From assembly GCA_001724245.1 (NCBI GenBank), contig MEDX01000094.1:1-33955 (forward strand): a DNA stretch of 33,955 nt. The letters run 5' to 3'. The stretch comes from Fonticula-like sp. SCN 57-25 (Eukaryota). A model generated the notes under the pieces. That model was not told where the DNA came from. It ran no database searches and saw only the letters and a list, made by a program, of their open reading frames with translations. Below, piece by piece: positions 29,937-33,955 of this stretch. Both the position numbers and the translations under genes were made by a program. Each line of letters opens with the position of its first letter. Within the stretch, counting starts at the first letter, position 1.

Positions 29937-32900
29937 ATGAAGGATGCCCGCGAGGATGCGGAGCCGCCGGTTGGTCCGCATGTGCGCTCCGCCGAGGATA
30001 TTTTGCGTGATTTGAAGGTCGATCCCGAGGCGGGATTGTCGGAGGCGGAGGCCGCTAGGCGTCTCCTGGTCGACGGCCCCAACGCGCTCAAGGGCAATTC
30101 GGGGACGCCGTTTTGGAAGATCTTGCTCCGTAACACGCTCAACCCCATGAACGCCGTGCTGCTCGTAGCTGTCATTCTTAGTGCTGTGGCACAGGATACG
30201 ATCGAGGCCATTGTGGTGGCGGTCATCATTGTTGGAAACACGTCGATCTCTGTCATGCAAGAGTACCGCTCCGAGAAGACGCTCGACGCGCTGCGCCGGC
30301 TTACGTCGCCATCGGCGCACGTAATGCGCGACGGCGAAGAGGTTGACATTCCCGCGGTAAACGTGGTCGTTGGCGACATCGTTGTTCTTCGCGAAGGCGT
30401 ACGCATCGATGATGCCGAATGATCTGCGCCTAACCTTTTGCGCAGGATCAAGTGCCCGCTGACCTGCGCCTCTTTTCCACCACGCAATTGAACGTCGAGG
30501 AAAAGCTGCTGACAGGAGAGTCAGTCCCAGTATGCAAAAATACCGACACGATCGAGGATCCGACCGCGCCGCTCGGCGACCGTCTTTGCCTGGCGTTCAA
30601 GAGCACCGTTGTCACGATGGGGCACGGCGCCGGCGTCGTCGTATCCACCGGCCTGCGTACCGAGATCGGCCAGATTGCCTCGGCCATTTCTGAGGACGAC
30701 CATTCTACGACCAAGCTCGAGCGCTTGATGTACTGGATGATGTTTGGGCTGCTGGTACGTTCAATTGTTGACGCGGTGTTTGATTCTGACCGGCCTGCTG
30801 CAGGGTTTCGCCGTGATTTTGGTCCTCATTGTGTTTGCGGTGAACCGGTTCATCATCAACACCGAAGTGCTTCTCTATGCTCTTGCGCTCTCCGTGGCCA
30901 TGATCCCCGAGGCGCTGCCCGCGGTTTTGACGATTACATTTGCGGTGGCTGTGCGCAGGATGGCGCAGGAAAAGGCTGTCGTGCGCCGTATGAACGCGCT
31001 CGAGACGTTTGGATCCATCACGGATATTTGCTCTGACAAGACTGGAACGCTCACGATCGGTGAAATGTGCGACATTGCATCAGTATGAGCTCTACTGACG
31101 CGCTTTATTCTGCAGGACGGTTACCGTTGTCTGGTCCACCGCCGGGCCGATCAACTTTCTCGCGGAAAAGGTGCCGCCGTACTCTTCGCTCACTCACGAA
31201 GGCGCTCGATACACTCTTCTTGGCTGCGCGATCAACAACTCGGCCACAATGTCGGAACAGGACGGCGTGGAGATCGCCGTCGGCGACCCGACAGAGACCG
31301 CTCTGCTCAATGCGGGCGCCAAGGTCGGCCTCGACAAGGAAAAGTGCGTGATTTCTATTTGATTTTTCCTTTGCTCACGCCGTGCCAGGCTCGAGGACAC
31401 CGAGTACATCAAGGAGGGCGAGATGCCGTTTGACGCTGCGCTGAAGCGCATGGCGGTTATTTCGCAAGCGCGCCGCAATGACAAGGATGTGCGCGTTGTG
31501 TTTGCCAAGGGCGCTGCCGAGGTCATCCTTGAGCGCTCTTCGCACATTGTCGCCGAGGACGGCAGCATTATCGAGATGACTGACGCGCTGCGCGATCAAG
31601 TGATTGCTCGCTCGGAAGAGTTTGCCGACGACGCGCTTCGCGTGCTTGCATTTGCGTTCAGGGAGAATCTCGACGCTGAGATCACCACTGACGTGGCCAA
31701 CCGCGACCTTATCGAGTCCAACTTGACCTTTGCCGGGCTTGTCGGCCTGCAGGACCCGCCGCGCCCCGAGAGCGCGCCCGCCGTTCGCGAGTGCCACCGC
31801 GCAGGCATTGTGGTGCGCATGGCGACCGGCGACCATCCCCGCACGGCCGCCGCCATCGCGCGTCGCGTCGGAATCATCAATTCCGACTCTGGGGTGATCA
31901 CCGCTCAGGAGCTTGACCATATGACGGAGGAGGAGATTGACGCGATGCCCGACATTCCGCGTGTGATTGCGCGGTGCTCGCCGACAAGCAAGGTGAAGCT
32001 GATCAACGCGCTCCACCGGAGGAACCGCATTGTCGCCATGACCGGAGACGGCGTTAATGACGCGCCCGCCATCAAGCGCTCGGACGTCGGTATTGCCATG
32101 GGATTGGCCGGCACGGATGTCGCAAAGCAGGCGGCCGACGTGGTGTTGACCGACGACGACTTTGCCACGATTGTCGCTGCTGTCGCCGAGGGCCGCCGTC
32201 TCGTTGCCAACATTGCCAAGTTTACGATGCATCTGCTGACCGGCAACGTCTCCCAGGTGGTGATGCTCGTCATCGGCCTCGGGCTCGTGGGCGTCCCCGG
32301 CGATATTGTTTTCCCCATGTCGCCGTTGCAGATTCTCTGGATGAACCTGGTCACGCTGTCGGTGCCGACCATCTTCCTGGGCCTCGAAAAGACCATGCTT
32401 GATGTCATGAACGTTCCGCCGCGCTCGACCCGCAGCGTGGTGTTTGGCAAGGAGGTCATTGTTGATACGGTGGTTTACGGACTTTTGTCTGGCGCCATCG
32501 CGCTTCTTATCTTTATCATCGTCATCATTGCCGACCCGTCGGGTTCCTTTGGCGCGGTTGGCTGCAATAACAGCGATCAGCCGCCGGGCTGTCTCGCCGT
32601 CTACCGCGCTCGCTCCGCCAGCTTTGTCGCGCACTGCATGGTGCTGTTGATCCACGCGTACAACTGCAGGGACCAGCGCGCGTCCATGACGACGCTCAGC
32701 TTTTTCGGCAACAAGCCGCTTCTCATTTCTATTGCCATCAACACTGTCATCCTTGTTCCTCTCGTGTACATTCCCTACGTCAACGTGGAGCTCTTTAGGC
32801 AGGCGCCCATTTCGTGGGAGTGGGGCCTTGTTGCGGGCGGCGTGATTATTTTTGTCGTTGTCGCGGAGCTGTACAAGCTATTGAAACGCAGGAGCACTGG

Positions 32901-33006
32901 CGGCTGCTGCATCGACCCCATTCAGCGCATCGTATCGAGCGTCTCCCTAAACAAGAGCCTCTCCAGAAGTTCAAACCTGAGCGGCGATATCGCCTTGTCA
33001 GTTTGA
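29937..33006 (+). CDS. ENA1: P-type ATPase, most likely type IID (ENA Na+/K+ efflux); 5 exons
   Basis: Motifs LTGES, AMIPEALP, DICSDKTGTLT, GDPTE, KGAAE, DPPR, TGD and MTGDGVNDAP, plus ENA-like KFTMHLLTGNV and FPMSPLQILW. Introns at 30399-30445, 30755-30803, 31067-31115, 31344-31388. Confidence 0.9.
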
Positions 33007-33198
33007 CGTATTCAAATCCGATCACCATTTTACATATTCATTTTCTTACCTGTATGGTATTTTGCGCTGTCGTTTTGGACAAATGTATCATACTTTCGCA
33101 TTATTTGTTCAGCATCACATTTGGAAAGCACAGCATTCGTTGACGAGCGCAGAGCGCTGGACTAGACAGGGAATCAATTCGTTCCAAACGCCTCTAAC

Positions 33199-33250
33199 TG
33201 ATAGGCTGTTGATAGGCATGTTGATAGGCAGTTGATAGCAGGTTGATAGG
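33199..33250 (+). repeat. Five tandem TGATAG (GATA-like) units with 11-12 bp period
   Basis: TGATAG at 33199, 33210, 33222, 33233 and 33244. Confidence 0.85.
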
Positions 33251-33607
33251 AGAATCCAAATTTGAGACGTACCGAAACCGACTATTTTCAACTTTCGGCA
33301 ATCCACGATGCCGTCGACGATTCGATGAAGCGCGAACTTTGTGGCCACAGCGTCTACGTTTGGTGCCTCTCTGTGAATGTTATGTCCCGTATTGTTATGT
33401 AATACTTGAAGGCGCATGCTTTGATGGTATGCATTTCTTTGCACGACCCAATCCGAGCCTTGGGCCCCGCCCGCGGTCCCCCGTGAATTTTCTTTTCGCC
33501 GTCGGGAGCGTTTCGCTGCGGGGACGAGGCATGGTCTAAAGGTGCACTGCGCGCGCAACACATGGCGGAAATGTACGTATACTTTATATCTACATTGCCA
33601 ATATTTT

Positions 33608-33955
33608 CTAATCTGAATTACTTTTCTTTCTTTTGCCTTTTCGTTTCCTTTGTTGACCCCCCTCCCATCTAGAGTTTTCTTTTTTGCTTGCGACTTGCGT
33701 GCTCTCGACTGAGCTGTTCCTTCTCTTAGTAGCGGCGCCAGGCTTGGTTGCGGCGGCAGACGGGAGAGAAGGCCACAGCAATGTGCGGCGTGGTGTGGCA
33801 TCCCAAGCAATAGCAATGTTGGACGCCGACACACACTTGCTCTCGTCCAGCTTCTTAAAGCCTCCGTGGTCCACCCACCGCTCGTCCGGGAAGACGGTTG
33901 CTCCACGTGCGAGGCAAGTCGCATAATCGGCGGCTGCGATGGCCCGCTTTGCCGC
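33608..33955 (-). CDS. 3' end of a gene entering from the right edge; basic NLS-like tail, product unknown
   Basis: Open frame from the window end: AAKRAIAAADYATCLARGATVFPDERWVDHGGFKKLDESKCVSASNIAIAW...RKRKGKRKKSNSD, then TAG. Confidence 0.6.
   Translation of the reverse strand, partial: AAKRAIAAADYATCLARGATVFPDERWVDHGGFKKLDESKCVSASNIAIAWDATPRRTLLWPSLPSAAATKPGAATKRRNSSVESTQVASKKENSRWEGGQQRKRKGKRKKSNSD

Noticed and set aside
31375-32655. 426-aa ORF antisense to the ENA ATPase, and similar antisense or alternate-frame ORFs over the lipase, WD40, CENP-C and CABIN1 genes
   Set aside because: Same codon-bias artefact; each fully overlaps a well-supported gene.
33250-33470. Possible RNase P RNA (ACCCAATCCGAG resembles conserved region V)
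   Set aside because: No matching conserved region I able to form the P4 helix upstream.
1-33955. Transposons, CRISPR arrays, prokaryotic operons or viral genes
   Set aside because: No transposase, reverse transcriptase, integrase, terminal inverted repeats or repeat-spacer arrays seen; all genes fit an intron-containing eukaryotic chromosome.

Overview
Gene-dense, GC-rich nuclear DNA from a unicellular eukaryote. It is probably an opisthokont-related (obazoan/amorphean) protist; this is inferred from the fungal-like Mif2 N-terminus, the ENA ATPase and tandem-CWCH2 fingers alongside animal-like E2F/CHR promoter motifs. I reconstructed 16 complete protein-coding genes, two partial genes at the window edges and one tRNA-Lys(CTT), with 34 short spliceosomal introns (mostly 45-71 nt). 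In order: partial acidic CDS; PacC/Gli/Zic-like C2H2 polyQ transcription factor; RPP21; a bHLH-ZIP + 2xWW protein; GLDC; RAD23; a WD40-like protein; tRNA-Lys; NATD1-like GNAT; class-3 lipase; HMG-box protein; receptor-type class III adenylyl cyclase; RNASEH2A; CENP-C; NudE; CABIN1; FEX; ENA-type P-ATPase; partial CDS. The most interesting object is missed by the ORF track because five introns split it. It is a Max/Mlx-type bHLH-leucine-zipper fused to two WW domains and two HxRxxS (LATS/NDR-type) motifs, i.e. a Yorkie/YAP-like regulatory module carrying its own DNA-binding domain. Other points of note: 0 of 34 donors have +4A (consensus GTRCG); the WD40 protein may be PALB2-like; several promoters look DREAM-type; the GNAT may be dual-targeted; two intergenic regions are candidate structured RNAs. 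All protein identifications are by eye from remembered motifs, and no database search was run.
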